A stretch of 63,454 bases of DNA, filler included, from Octopus bimaculoides (GCF_001194135.2; 8 parts of 8 records of this genome joined end to end with filler, not necessarily neighbours in it); one strand, 5' to 3'; counted from the first letter of the whole stretch, positions 24,300 to 36,834 are shown. Numbers and translations: made by a program. The notes: a model not told the origin generated them from the letters alone.

Positions 24300-24399
24300 N
24301 NNNNNNNNNNNNNNNNNNNNNNNNNNNNNNNNNNNNNNNNNNNTTAATTAATTAANNNNNNNNNNNNNNNNNNNNNNNNNNNNNNNNNNNNNNNNNNNN
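24300..24399. other. Artificial scaffold-joining spacer
   Basis: N44-TTAATTAATTAA(24344-24355)-N44. Confidence 0.95.
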
Positions 24400-25113
24400 A
24401 GAAAAATTTTTATGAGCAAATCAATGAAAAATATGGAAAATAAAATGAAGAGCGAAAGAAAGAGAAAATGGTAGGTGTAGGAAGAACAGAAGGAAAAAGA
24501 GAGGCAGTAGGAGGAGAAGAAGGAGAAGAAGAGGTATTCCTTGACAGTTTTTTCTTTCTATAAAGAATTATTGAAATTGTATACATGAAGGATTTTTTTA
24601 GCTTGACAGAGAAAGAAACGAAAACGAAAATCCATAAAAATATAGATTTAAAAAAAGCAAATATATGAATAAATAAATATACGAAGCGTAAGAGCAAATG
24701 TCAAAAGTGAGCTATGTAAATATTTACTTCTAAGTGTATAAAGGCAATCAAATTTGAAACTGTATCGGGTCTGAGTGGGCGAAATAGTTGATAGCATCAA
24801 GTGCTCTGATTGGTCGTTATATTAGGTTACCTGGCAGTAGTTTGTAACCCCCGAAACAGATGATACTGCGACGAATCACAGAGTATGTTATTAATCTGGT
24901 TTCTAACGAGTAGGGGTGTTGAATCTACGAAAATTATACGGTAACTCAACGTTGTGAAAATAATTAGAGGCTCACAAGAAATGAAACTGAGCGGGAGTTG
25001 AAATTCAGAAAACTGAAGGGAAGCTCAAATAATAGAAACTGAATGTATAAATATATATATGTGTTTTTCTCTCTCCGTTTGTTTTCGTTCTCCCTCCATT
25101 ATTCCTCTCAATA

Positions 25114-25149
25114 CTTTCTATCGAAGGGCGTAGGTTCGAAACGTCGAAG
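25114..25149 (+). ncRNA. Degenerate minimal type-I hammerhead-like motif
   Basis: CTTT-CTATCGA-A-GGG CGTAGG TTC-GAAA-CG-TC-GAAG. Stem I CTTT/GAAG, palindromic ACGT stem III and GUC site are present, but the core has 2 mismatches to CUGANGA. Confidence 0.4.
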
Positions 25150-25247
25150 ACATTTCCATTCTTCCCGAGCGTCAAACTAATACACCTGGTCGTTGTTCCT
25201 TCAGCTGTTTTCATCTTTTTTCTTTCTGTAAATTTTAACTATATTTG

Positions 25248-25910
25248 TAGGCGCAGGAGTGGCTGTGGTAAGTAGCTTGTTTACCAATCACATGGTTCCG
25301 GGTTCAGTCTCCCACTGCGTGGCACCTTGGGCAAGTGTCTTCTACTGTAGTCTCGAGTCGACCAAAGCCTTGTGAGTGGATTTGGTAGACAGAAACTAAA
25401 AGAAACCCGTCGTATATATATATATATATNNNNNNNNNNNNNNNNNNNNNNNNNNNNNNNNNNNNNNNNNNNNNNNNNNNNNNNNNNNNNNNNNNNNNNN
25501 NNNNNNNNNNNNNNNNNNNNNNNNNNNNNNNNNNNNNNNNNNNNNNNNNNNNNNNNNNNNNNNNNNNNNNNNNNNNNNNNNNNNNNNNNNNNNNNNNNNN
25601 NNNNNNNNNNNNNNNNNNNNNNNNNNNNNNNNNNNNNNNNNNNNNNNNNNNNNNNNNNNNNNNNNNNNNNNNNNNNNNNNNNNNNNNNNNNNNNNNNNNN
25701 NNNNNNNNNNNNNNNNNNNNNNNNNNNNNNNNNNNNNNNNNNNNNNNNNNNNNNNGGTGTGTTTACGTCTCCGTAACTTAGCGGTTCGGCAAGAGAGAAC
25801 CGATCGAATTAGGCTTACACAGAATAAGTCCTGGGGTCGATTTGCTCGACTAAAGGCGGTGCTGCAGCATGGCACCGTTAATTGACTGAAACAAATAAAA
25901 GAACAAAAGA
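25248..25910 (+). mobile_element. SINE family B, full length, internal microsatellite hidden in an N gap
   Basis: Starts TAGGCGCAGGAGTGGCTGTGG, has GGCACCTTGGGCAAGTGTCTT, and the 3' module follows the gap. Confidence 0.9.
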
Positions 25911-25964
25911 GAGAAAAAGTATGTATATATATACAGTGCAAGTGAAATACGGTAAAACTGATGA

Positions 25965-26112
25965 TCCTGGATCGGTACTTTTTTTTTTTTGACCCTAAAG
26001 TATGAAATGCAAAGCTGACCTCGGTGGGGCTTGAACTCACATCGTAAGGAGTTTGAACAAACATCTCTTAGAATTCTGTCCAATGCTGTAACGATTCTGC
26101 CATTTCGTCGCT
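25965..26112 (-). mobile_element. SINE family A, diverged
   Basis: Reverse complement of the head and body up to GTACC. Confidence 0.65.
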
Positions 26113-26692
26113 CACGATGCATTTAAACCGAAACAAAGAAGAGTTCATCAACATATACAGCTTCGCTAGAACTCCATCATGTTGTTGAAACGGTCACGTG
26201 CCCCGCTTTGTCAACACGGGCAATAACAAGAATAACAATAAGATAAATGAAATAAAAACAATATAAAATAATTGAAAACTCTTTGTCAAAGAATAGTTAG
26301 TGAGTCAGCGAGGTGAGTTCGAATTGGCTCTGGGTCACACTAACCAGTCAGCTATGTCTCTCTTTTTTTATATTTTCATTATTATTTTATTTTGAATATT
26401 TTTTTTTCTGACGAGAATTTGCTATGAAACAACTTTTTATTATAATCAATGCTGTTGTTGTTGATGTCGTTGTTCTTGTTTTTCTTGTTGCCGCTGCTGC
26501 CGCTGTTGCTGGTGTTGTTCTGGTTTATTGTGGAAATTGTGGAAAGAATTGGGCAAGGAATCGGGCTTTGATGGAATAATCCCTTTATTCAAACAAACAC
26601 GCACGCGCACACACACACACATACACACACACACACATACACACACAGACATATACACATACAAACAAATATATATATTTTTACGCACACAT

Positions 26693-26723
<31 letters not shown>

Positions 26724-27324
26724 CAGACATATGCATACATACAAATACATGTATTTTTACGCACACACACACACATGCACACACACACATATGTACACAC
26801 ACACACATGCACACACACAAAAACACGCTCACATTATAGTCCCATCCCCCACCGCAAAAAAATCGCAAACCACGTCCATCCTTGCTTCGGGTACAAGTCT
26901 CCTCCCCCCCACCCCCCTCGACAGAGCCACTGACCTCGAAGGCATGAAATACAAGACATGAAATGCATACATGAATAAATGAATAACAGAATACGGCTAA
27001 TCTGTTATTCTTCTCCTATAGACAGTTGATTTGTTATTCAACACCGTTCGTTTATTGTTGTTCGTTGCTTTTTATTGTTTTATTTTAATTCAATTTGTTT
27101 GTTTGCTTGTTTTTTTCTTCTCTCCTTGTCCTTTTGTGCAGCGTTTTGAAAAACATTAATATAGGTTTTCTATCACTTCCGGTCATCGTCGTCGTCGTCG
27201 TCGTCCTCCTCCTCCTCCACCATAAACAACCTTGCTCGGACTTGTGCCTTGGAAGGGAACTTTCTAGGTGCAATCTCATGGTCATTTATGGCCGAAGGGG
27301 GTCTTAATACATATATGTTTTTTT

Positions 27325-27406
27325 CTACTCTAGGCACAAGACCTGAAATTTTTGGTGAGGGGGCCAGTCGATTAGATCGACCCAGTACGCAACTGGTACT
27401 TAATTT
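27325..27406 (-). mobile_element. SINE family A, 3' part (cut by gap)
   Basis: GGCACAAGACCTGAAATTTT..CAGTCGATTAGATCGACCCAGT..GGTACTTAATT. Confidence 0.75.
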
Positions 27407-27770
27407 NNNNNNNNNNNNNNNNNNNNNNNNNNNNNNNNNNNNNNNNNNNNNNNNNNNNNNNNNNNNNNNNNNNNNNNNNNNNNNNNNNNNNNNNNNNNNN
27501 NNNNNNNNNNNNNNNNNNNNNNNNNNNNNNNNNNNNNNNNNNNNNNNNNNNNNNNNNNNNNNNNNNNNNNNNNNNNNNNNNNNNNNNNNNNNNNNNNNNN
27601 NNNNNNNNNNNNNNNNNNNNNNNNNNNNNNNNNNNNNNNNNNNNNNNNNNNNNNNNNNNNNNNNNNNNNNNNNNNNNNNNNNNNNNNNNNNNNNNNNNNN
27701 NNNNNNNNNNNNNNNNNNNNNNNNNNNNNNNNNNNNNNNNNNNNNNNNNNNNNNNNNNNNNNNNNNNNNN

Positions 27771-27832
<62 letters not shown>

Positions 27833-29075
27833 ATACATACATACCCAAACACACGTACATACACCCAGTTGTATGTATGCGTGTACATGTATGTAGATCT
27901 GTATGTATAAGTTCGTATGTATGTACATGTTTACATGTATGTACATACAAACATATAACCACACATACATGTGCGTATATGGGTGTGTGTGTCTATGTGC
28001 CCATTGTGTGCGTGCGTGTGCGTGTGTGTATGTGTGTGTGTGTGTTTGAGTGTGTGGTGTATCCTGAAGCGCTCACGGCATTCTTTCCCTCGTCGTCTTC
28101 TCACAAATCGTATGCAATTTTTTTTTACCAAATGTTAGGAACTTTCGACTCCAAAACAAAGATTTTTCTCCCCACCCCCTCCCAAGAAAAACAAAAGAAA
28201 AAACAGAAAAAGTTCCCAAACAGAAAAATAGTTGTAAATAAATAAAAAAAACTAAAAAGAACATTTAAATTTACAACCAAAAGAAATAAATANNNNNNNN
28301 NNNNNNNNNNNNNNNNNNNNNNNNNNNNNNNNNNNNNNNNNNNNNNNNNNNNNNNNNNNNNNNNNNNNNNNNNNNNNNNNNNNNNNNNNNNNNNNNNNNN
28401 NNNNNNNNNNNNNNNNNNNNNNNNNNNNNNNNNNNNNNNNNNNNNNNNNNNNNNNNNNNNNNNNNNNNNNNNNNNNNNNNNNNNNNNNNNNNNNNNNNNN
28501 NNNNNNNNNNNNNNNNNNNNNNNNNNNNNNNNNNNNNNNNNNNNNNNNNNNNNNNNNNNNNNNNNNNNNNNNNNNNNNNNNNNNNNNNNNNNNNNNNNNN
28601 NNNNNNNNNNNNNNNNNNNNNNNNNNNNNNNNNNNNNNNNNNNNNNNNNNNNNNNNNNNNNNNNNNNNNNNNNNNNNNNNNNNNNNNNNNNNNNNNNNNN
28701 NNNNNNNNNNNNNNNNNNNNNNNNNNNNNNNNNNNNNNNNNNNNNNNNNNNNNCACCACCACCACCACCACCACCACTACTACTACAACCACCACCACTG
28801 TCACTATCGCCATCACCAGCACTACCACCACCAACACTACCACCACTACTACTATCATCATCGCCACCACCAGTACTGACACCACCACCACCACCACCTC
28901 TGCCAGCACTACCCCACCACCACCATCACTACCACTACACCTACCACCACACCTACCACTACCGCATCCTTACCTGCTGTCACCGCATCTGCCATTACTA
29001 CCCGACCGACGAAGGATAAAGTTTCCAATATCCGTCTGATATTACTAGTTCAATGTTTTTTTGCTGAAACAGATG

Positions 29076-29149
<74 letters not shown>

Positions 29150-29224
29150 AGAAAAAGAAAAATGAATGAAATGAAAGAGAAGCTGATGATATTGCACAAA
29201 GTTTAAAAAAACAGTTGTGGAGTC

Positions 29225-29257
<33 letters not shown>

Positions 29258-29340
29258 AACATATAGGGAGTTGCTGCTGATAACTCAAACACCGGACACA
29301 ATGGCGGAATCCATGTAAATTCACATTTCTTTGACTGTAT

Positions 29341-29375
29341 TCTTCTGAAGATGGGCGTTTGTGCACGAAATATAA
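29341..29375 (+). ncRNA. Degenerate hammerhead-like motif
   Basis: CTGAAGA-T-GGGCG TTTG TGCAC-GAAA-TAT-A. Core intact, stem II has one mismatch, ATAT stem III present, no convincing stem I. Confidence 0.3.
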
Positions 29376-29569
29376 TATAAAAAAGATTTTAAACTTACTG
29401 CATTGTTAGCAATTTTCTTTATTTCTCATTTCATTCATTCATTCATTCATTCATTCATTCATTCTTCTTCTTTTTCTTCTTCTTCTTCTTCTTCTTCTTC
29501 TTCTTCTTCTTCTTCTTCTTCTTCTTCTTCTTCTTCTTCTTCTTCTTCTTCTTCTTCTTCTTCTTCTTC

Positions 29570-29650
29570 TAGGGTTAGTTTTATGCTTAGTTTTTAAGGT
29601 TAGGATTAGTTTTAGGGTTAGGGTTAGGACTAGGATTAGATTAGGGTTAC
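29570..29650. repeat. Degenerate interstitial (TTAGGG)n-like tract
   Basis: TAGGGTTAG..TTTAGGGTTAGGGTTAGGACTAGGATTAGATTAGGGTTAC. Confidence 0.7.
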
Positions 29651-30130
29651 CTCCTCTTTATATCGTTACATAGAAGCGTCGGGACGTCTGTATTCAAGTG
29701 AGACCTCTGCATTTAAGTAGCACCGCAACAGCGTTATTTTTAGCCGTAGATACATAACTTCCCGGTTGCCTGCTTTTGTCTTCCTAATGGTTATACTTAA
29801 ACAAAACCGCACCCGCTCAAGTGTACTAACAAATCCAAAGCGTTGATATCGGTATTAATTCCGACTGTAGGTCCGGTTTATTTCTCGGTAACAGCATCGA
29901 ATTCGGTCTGGAATACGGGAAAAGCATACACATCCCAACAGCTCGTTTCCCTTTCCTGCTATGAATGTCGCGTCACATAACCGTCTGTAGTAAACGAGGC
30001 TTCTTACAAGAATTCTTAACGTTTTGATCATGCGATAGCGTTTTAATCAGTCTCCCGCCATTGTGTCTGTGATTCGTCCGCCATTAACGGATTGACATTA
30101 TTTCTCCTGCACTCGTTTACACCTCTTTCC
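29651..30130 (-). promoter_or_regulatory. CpG-rich segment; candidate promoter/first exon ending at a 5' splice site
   Basis: About 30 CpGs in ~480 bp (hand count). On the minus strand, ATG at 29712 reads MQRSHLNTDVPTLLCNDIKR then AG|GTAACC at 29651/29650. No homology recognised. Confidence 0.3.
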
Positions 30131-30199
30131 TGCTGACATTTTTAAAACTAATAATAATAATAAACAATAATAATGATAATAATGACGATGACGATGATG

Positions 30200-30273
<74 letters not shown>

Positions 30274-30485
30274 TAATAATAATGATAATAATAATAATAA
30301 TGAAAATATACTATACAAACAATAATGTTAATTATAATGATGGTGCTGATAACTTGTAGTTACACACACATTTGTGATATATAAATATTTATATAATATA
30401 TATGTATATATATATATATAATATATATATATGCATATATGAATGTGTGTATATATATATGTATCTATGTACACACACACACACA

Positions 30486-30522
<37 letters not shown>

Positions 30523-30796
30523 CCTCCAAACCCTTTAATTTGTATACACTTACACACACACATATATATATATATATATTAGAGGGTTTGGCGGTGATGT
30601 ACAGGAATTATATATTAGAATAAATAATAAGGTACTCAGAGATCTGGATGGTTGTACATTTACAGATTTTTTATTAATATGTCACATGTTTTTATAAATT
30701 AGCGCTTGCATCTATTCTAGTAGATTCTCCATTAATACATCCTTTTGTTATTTACACCACCTGTCCACGTCTGTTGTTGTTTTTTCGTACATTCTC

Positions 30797-30835
<39 letters not shown>

Positions 30836-30879
30836 AATATTGACTGTAAAAAGGATTTAGATAATCCTATCAGGTGGTG

Positions 30880-31255
30880 CTATTTAGTATAAGACTCGTA
30901 TCTCCTTCAAAGTAAGGATCTTCTGACTTCAATGAACTTCCTGTAGCGTTCCGGCTATTTCGTGAAGGCCCCATAGAAGGCTCTTCACTCCAAAGACCCT
31001 TCACTCCAAAGTGGAGGTGTCCGGAACCCTTGTCACTGACGCCATCTTTGCAACGCCTTCAAAATGACTGCACCGGAGGTCCTTCCTTCAGCTTCGGGGA
31101 CAACCAAAATTCGCAGGAAGCAAAGGTCTCGACTGCAGAGAAGGGTGAAAAACAGATTTGATGTCTTTCTTTGTCAAGAAGTGGGGACAATCAGTGTTTA
31201 ATGGGTTGTTCTCAGAGTCCTGTTACAGCTGTCTCCTTCAAACTGTAATAAAAGA
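30880..31255 (-). pseudogene. mariner transposase C-terminal fragment
   Basis: LTKKDIKSVFHP..(frameshifts)..FWLSPKLKE..FYGAFTK*PERYRKFIEVRRSYFEGD carries the YFEGD terminus typical of mariners. Includes a 13-bp duplication CTTCACTCCAAAG. Confidence 0.75.
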
Positions 31256-31514
31256 ATTATCAGATCACTTTACTAGATGCATAATAATGATATACCGTAA
31301 TTTCAGTAATCAAGGACAATTATAACTGCCTCGCCTAAAATGAAGTCTCAAAACTTCAGGAATGCTCTACGTTTAGTGTAACGTAGGCGCAGTGAAGTGT
31401 TGTGTGGTATGTAAAGTGTTGATCTAGAATAGTGTCGGTGAAGTGTTTGTCTGGTGTCGAGCGGTATTAGCAGCATTATGGGCCCCGGGAAAATCAATGC
31501 ACGGGGCCATATAG

Positions 31515-31800
31515 TATTTATTTATTGAAAGTAAACCACGGCGTGTTGTTTTTCCTGGGCAAAAAACACTTCCTTTCCCGTTGGTTTAGTTCATTCAACT
31601 GTAAATGGGTAACCTTGCTAGGAAATGGTCTTCCGATCAAGGATGGGGATGTGAGGCGTGTGTGTGTGGGGCGGGGGAGGGAGGATGTTGGCCTGTTCAC
31701 CAGTGGGGGTGGGGTAGTGCTATTCGAACACTAAAAACAATGCGAAGCGTACCGTGACCGACGATGTATAACAACGTCTGATAGTCTGGTCGATCGCCAC
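31515..31800 (+). mobile_element. Diverged SINE-like remnant (CORE-like segment)
   Basis: TTTTCCTGGGCAAAAAACACTT..TTCAACTGTAAATGGGTAACC is similar to 40460-40530. Confidence 0.45.
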
Positions 31801-32665
31801 CACGGCGCCGGGTAGTCCTCTTAGCATATCTATTACCATTCCAACTCTTGAAATATGTCATGTAAATTGAGATTCGGNNNNNNNNNNNNNNNNNNNNNNN
31901 NNNNNNNNNNNNNNNNNNNNNNNNNNNNNNNNNNNNNNNNNNNNNNNNNNNNNNNNNNNNNNNNNNNNNNNNNNNNNNNNNNNNNNNNNNNNNNNNNNNN
32001 NNNNNNNNNNNNNNNNNNNNNNNNNNNNNNNNNNNNNNNNNNNNNNNNNNNNNNNNNNNNNNNNNNNNNNNNNNNNNNNNNNNNNNNNNNNNNNNNNNNN
32101 NNNNNNNNNNNNNNNNNNNNNNNNNNNNNNNNNNNNNNNNNNNNNNNNNNNNNNNNNNNNNNNNNNNNCACTATCACCGCCACCACCACTGCCACCACAA
32201 CCACTACCACCACGTTATTACCGACTATTACCTCTGTCGCCGTCGCCGCCACCACCGCCACCACCACCACCACTAACAAGAAGATGATGAACAACAACAA
32301 CAGCAACAACAACAACAACAACACCAACAACAGCAGCATAGCTATGACAATGACTATTACAATAGTAATGGCAGCCGTAACGAAAAAAAAAGGCCAAATA
32401 TATCCAGGAAAAAAGAAAACACTAAAAAAACTAACATACTCGTCATATTTTCTGAATAATTGCGACTAACAGACCATAGCAAATATTCTACACTCCTCAT
32501 CTATACACACATACACACATGTGCACACAGACACATACCCATGAACACATGCGCAAACATATACGCACACATATTCATACCAGGCATATTTATCAATTAG
32601 GTGATACACGTACATACATACAGATATACATACATACAGATATACATACATACATACATACATAT

Positions 32666-33091
32666 TCTTTTACTCTTTTACTCTTTTACTTGTTTCAGTC
32701 ATTTGACTGCGGTCATGCTGGAGCACCGCCTTTAGTCGAGCAAATCGACCCCAGGACTTATTCTTTGTAAGCCTAGTACTTATTCTATCGGTCACTTTTG
32801 CCGAACCGCTAAGTTACGGGGACGTAAACACACCAGCATCGATTGTCAAGCGATGTTGGGGGGGGGGGGCAAACACAGGCACATAAAACATATACACACA
32901 TACATATATATATATATACATGTATACGACGAGCTTCTTTCAGTTTCCGTCTACCAAATCCACTCACAAGGCTTTGGTCGGCCCGAGGCTATAGTAGAAG
33001 ACACTTGCCCAAGGTGCCACGCAGTGGGACTGAACCCGGAACAATGTGGTTGGTAACCAAGCTATTTACCACACAGCCACTCCTGCGCCTG
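32666..33091 (-). mobile_element. SINE family B, full length, young
   Basis: Complete reverse complement from TAGGCGCAGGAGTGGCTGTG to the (AGAGTAAA)n tail. Confidence 0.92.
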
Positions 33092-33429
33092 TATATACTT
33101 AAATGATAAACTTCTGGGAAGTTTTACAGACTTTTACAGTTCCCCTGATGGCTTGGATTTGTAGTCTTCGAATCAGCTTTCTCCTTTCTGGTTTTGAGAA
33201 GCTTAATTTCTCAAAATAATAATAATAATAACAATAATAATAATAATTAAAATAATAATAATAATAATGATGATGATGATGATGATGGACTCTGCTGTCG
33301 AAGACGACGTATAAACGTTCAGCTTTTGCTGATCGACCTGCACAAATGATTTGTTTATAAGGATCAAACGTTCGATCCGCACATTAGCTCACTCGCTCCA
33401 TCAAATCGATGTTGCAAGAACAGGTACAT

Positions 33430-33585
33430 GATGTGTCACGCGTCAGGTGCCGAAGTGTTCACAGAGCAACGTGAGGATGAAGTGTTTTGCTCAAGAACAC
33501 AAGGCACCACACAGTCCCGGAGTCGAACCCAAGACCTCGCGATGAGTCACCACAACATCCTAACCTTCAGGCCACGCTCCCTTAC
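33430..33585 (-). mobile_element. SINE family C head (tRNA-like plus TTGAGCAAAACACTTCATC core)
   Basis: Minus strand reads GGGTTCGACTCCGGG (B box), then GTTCTTGAGCAAAACACTTCATCC. Same core at 40469-40490. Confidence 0.6.
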
Positions 33586-33619
33586 TGAGCCTATTAGAGT
33601 GGCGACAGAAAGAAATAGA

Positions 33620-33624
<5 letters not shown>

Positions 33625-33703
<79 letters not shown>

Positions 33704-33748
33704 GAGAGACAGAGGGGGAGAGAGAGAGAGAGATAGAGGGAGAGAGAG

Positions 33749-33795
<47 letters not shown>

Positions 33796-33804
33796 GATAG
33801 AGAT

Positions 33805-33840
<36 letters not shown>
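33625..33840. repeat. (GA)n microsatellite
   Basis: Direct reading. Confidence 0.95.
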
Positions 33841-34351
33841 CATGTCATGTCTGTACAGAAGAGGCTAGAGCATATTCGATAGTGATTCAACGTCGGTTCG
33901 CCATTCTGATTAGCCTATTTTTGTGGGATGATCAATTCGTTTCTATCGATCTCGCAGTCATTTAATCATTGTAGAGTGCTAAACGAACAGCCAGGTACAT
34001 AAAACATTAAATTTTCATTAACACACAGCTATAATTATATGCCGTGTCTCTTCTCAATACATGCTCTAATGATTTCTAACGATAATCACCCTCAATGGAT
34101 GAAGCCGTTGAGTTTCTGCACTGATTCGTGCTAGATTCTCGTTGAGGTCTGTACTAGTAGATTACCCATTGTCCTTGGTTGTATAATTAACAAGTTTACT
34201 TCCCTGCCACAAGGTTCCAGGTCCGATAGTACTATGCAGTAAGTAGGTTAAATGATTTCTCCTAGAGCCGTGGATTAGCAATCGCTTTGTCTGTGGAATT
34301 TGGTACACAGTAACCGTGTTGAAGTATTGCCTATAGAAAATAGTCCAATAT

Positions 34352-34555
34352 TTTTTTCTACTCTAGGCACAAGACCCGAATTTTTGAGGAGGGGGGCCAG
34401 TCGATTTCATCGACTCCAGTACGAAACTGATACTTAATTTATAGACCCCGAAAGGATGAAAGGCAAAGTCGACCTTGGTGGAATTTGAACTCAGAACGTA
34501 AAGACAGACGAAATACCGCGAATCATTTCGCTTAGCGTGCTAACTTTTCTGACAG
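34352..34555 (-). mobile_element. SINE family A, near full length
   Basis: Reverse complement of the consensus, lacking the first ~9 nt. Confidence 0.85.
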
Positions 34556-35112
34556 AGCACGGAAATGGTGCGAAGGAGTCAGCGAGAACAAGGAAGATAA
34601 GATACTGTGGAATTTTACAATCCAATGTGACTCCCTAATCGAGGCTCGGAGACCAGATATTGTTGTGGTAGGTAACGGAAAAACAGAAACCAAGGTCATA
34701 GATATTGCAATACCTGGCGATACACGTATAAGGGACAAAGAACGAGAAAAGATTGAGAAGTACAGACTACTAAAAGACAAAATTGCAAGAATGTAGACTA
34801 TGAGGAGAGTGTTTGTCATTCCAGTAGTTGTAGGGGCATTCGGAGCATTAACAATCAAGCTCAAGGAATATGTCAAAGAAATGGGAATTGACAGGAGAGC
34901 AGAGCAAACCCCCAGAACCGCTCAGCTGGGGACAGCGTGGATTTTGAGATTGGTATTTGGATGTTGAATGTCTCCCACGGTAATTAACAACCAAGTATCA
35001 AAGCTTATGATGTGCTGAAAGAGGCCCTGTGGGACCTCTGAATGCAGGGTGCTGTTTATTCTCGCAGAATCTACCAGAACAAACAAGACCGAACGTTCTG
35101 AGAAGTAAAACG

Positions 35113-35180
<68 letters not shown>
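34554..35180 (+). mobile_element. 5'-truncated HERO/NeSL-like non-LTR retrotransposon: REL endonuclease C-terminus, 3'UTR and (TAA)n tail
   Basis: 34554-34967 reads RARKWCEGVSENKEDKILWNFTIQCDSLIEARRPDIVVV..TKVIDIAIPGD..EREKIEKYRLL..M*..VIPVVVGAFG..AQLGTAWILR (PD..D/ExK nuclease, one internal stop). (TAA)n at 35114-35180. Confidence 0.9.
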
Positions 35181-35377
35181 CTTATTTTAAAACAAATTAA
35201 TCGTGCAATTCAATATTTAATTCTGTTTTTAAAAACGTTAGAAAAAGAAATGTTATATATTTAATTGAAATCTTACAAATCAAAACCAAAATTCTCTTCT
35301 ATTCATTTATTTATACTCTGTACCGAAATGACCCTCAATGAATTGGAAGACACGAAACTCCCCCCTGCCCACGTACC

Positions 35378-35477
35378 NNNNNNNNNNNNNNNNNNNNNNN
35401 NNNNNNNNNNNNNNNNNNNNNTTAATTAATTAANNNNNNNNNNNNNNNNNNNNNNNNNNNNNNNNNNNNNNNNNNNN
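35378..35477. other. Artificial scaffold-joining spacer
   Basis: N44-TTAATTAATTAA(35422-35433)-N44. Confidence 0.95.
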
Positions 35478-35520
<43 letters not shown>

Positions 35521-36080
35521 TGTGTTAAAGTGAGATCGGAAAAATTCAGAACATCTATGGTCTGTTCAACATTCAGGACAGTAGCCAAAAACTGATCCAG
35601 TCTTTGGAGATATCTCTCTGGGACAAATTTTCATTCAGAAGATATCATAACCAACCACTGTGTGCATTGCAACCAATGTACATGTGATAACTGACTCCTA
35701 AACAATAGCAAGCAAGAGGAACTTAATAAAGCCGTAATAATGGGAAGACGATAAGAAAAGGCATGGCAGAGCATTTCTATGGCGGTGGGGGCGGAGGCGG
35801 GAGTGGGAGGAAGTTAGCAACACTTGTACAATGAGGTCAAGATAACAGATATTGTGTAACGAAGGAAGATAAGAGCATTGGAAGAATTAGCGCGTATGCA
35901 GGGCTCTTATAACCTCCTCGATTGGGCTAGTATAGAGAACACGAGATGGGGACGTTTCATTAAAAAAGACAATTCATTAAACCTGTAACCATAAAAAGGT
36001 TTGATTTAAAGCAATTAATTTCCATTACCTAAATGTCCGACAGAATAATGGGATTGTGAATATAAACATTAAGTGTTCCT

Positions 36081-36156
<76 letters not shown>

Positions 36157-36273
36157 GTCTGACTGACTGTCTGTCTGTTTAAACATATACATGTACACAC
36201 CATACGCACAGGCACGCACACGCGCGCGCACCACACACGCACCCATACGCGCGCGCACACACAAACATATATA

Positions 36274-36516
36274 CAATGTGGCCCAAAAGTAGGTTTACAG
36301 TTATCACGTACGCGCTTTAAATTTCTTGCAAAACATTTTATTACATTAAAATTTAAAAATTTTAATGTAATAAAATGTTTTAAAAGAAATTTAGTCTTAC
36401 AATTAACTAAATTAGAATAGAATAATAGTTTCATATTTCTTTATAATTAAGATCTAAACTGTTAATATATGAACGCGAAAGAAATAGTTGAATTGTAAAC
36501 CTACTTTTGGGCCACC
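36274..36516. mobile_element. Tc1/mariner-type MITE
   Basis: Perfect 22-bp inverted repeat GTGGCCCAAAAGTAGGTTTACA at 36278-36299 and 36494-36515. Left end TA|CAATG; outermost right bases lost. Confidence 0.8.
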
Positions 36517-36562
36517 AATTCAAATACTTTTGAGAAAAATTCGAAGAAGGCCGTTGGTAACA

Positions 36563-36566
<4 letters not shown>

Positions 36567-36598
<32 letters not shown>

Positions 36599-36834
36599 TG
36601 ACAATGTTTGTCTGTGTGTGTGTGTGTGTCTGTGTGCTTCTCTAAAACTCGAGAACTACACAACCAATTTCATTCAAATTTTACACATGCCTTACTTAGG
36701 TTGTGCCTTAGTCAAAATTTTTTTTTTAACTTCTTGCATAGTTCGAGCCCACAGCAACATCATATCTCCTCCACTATTTAAGTATTACGTGTCAAAAGTG
36801 AAACAAAAACACTCATGTCAAATACTTTCACTTT
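36567..36834 (+). mobile_element. Helitron-like non-autonomous element, 5' part (copy 1)
   Basis: (TA)n-ATGACAATGTTTG(TG)n-CTTCTCTAAAACTCGAGAACTACACAACCAATTTCATTCAAATTTT. Inverted homolog at 37697-37944. Confidence 0.6.

Noticed and set aside
26405-26435. CTGACGA...GAAA spacing (also CTGATGA at 48205 and 62222, CTGAAGA at 11746)
   Set aside because: No stem II pairing between core and GAAA.
34532-34876. 114-aa minus-strand hydrophobic ORF
   Set aside because: It is antisense to the HERO-like endonuclease frame.
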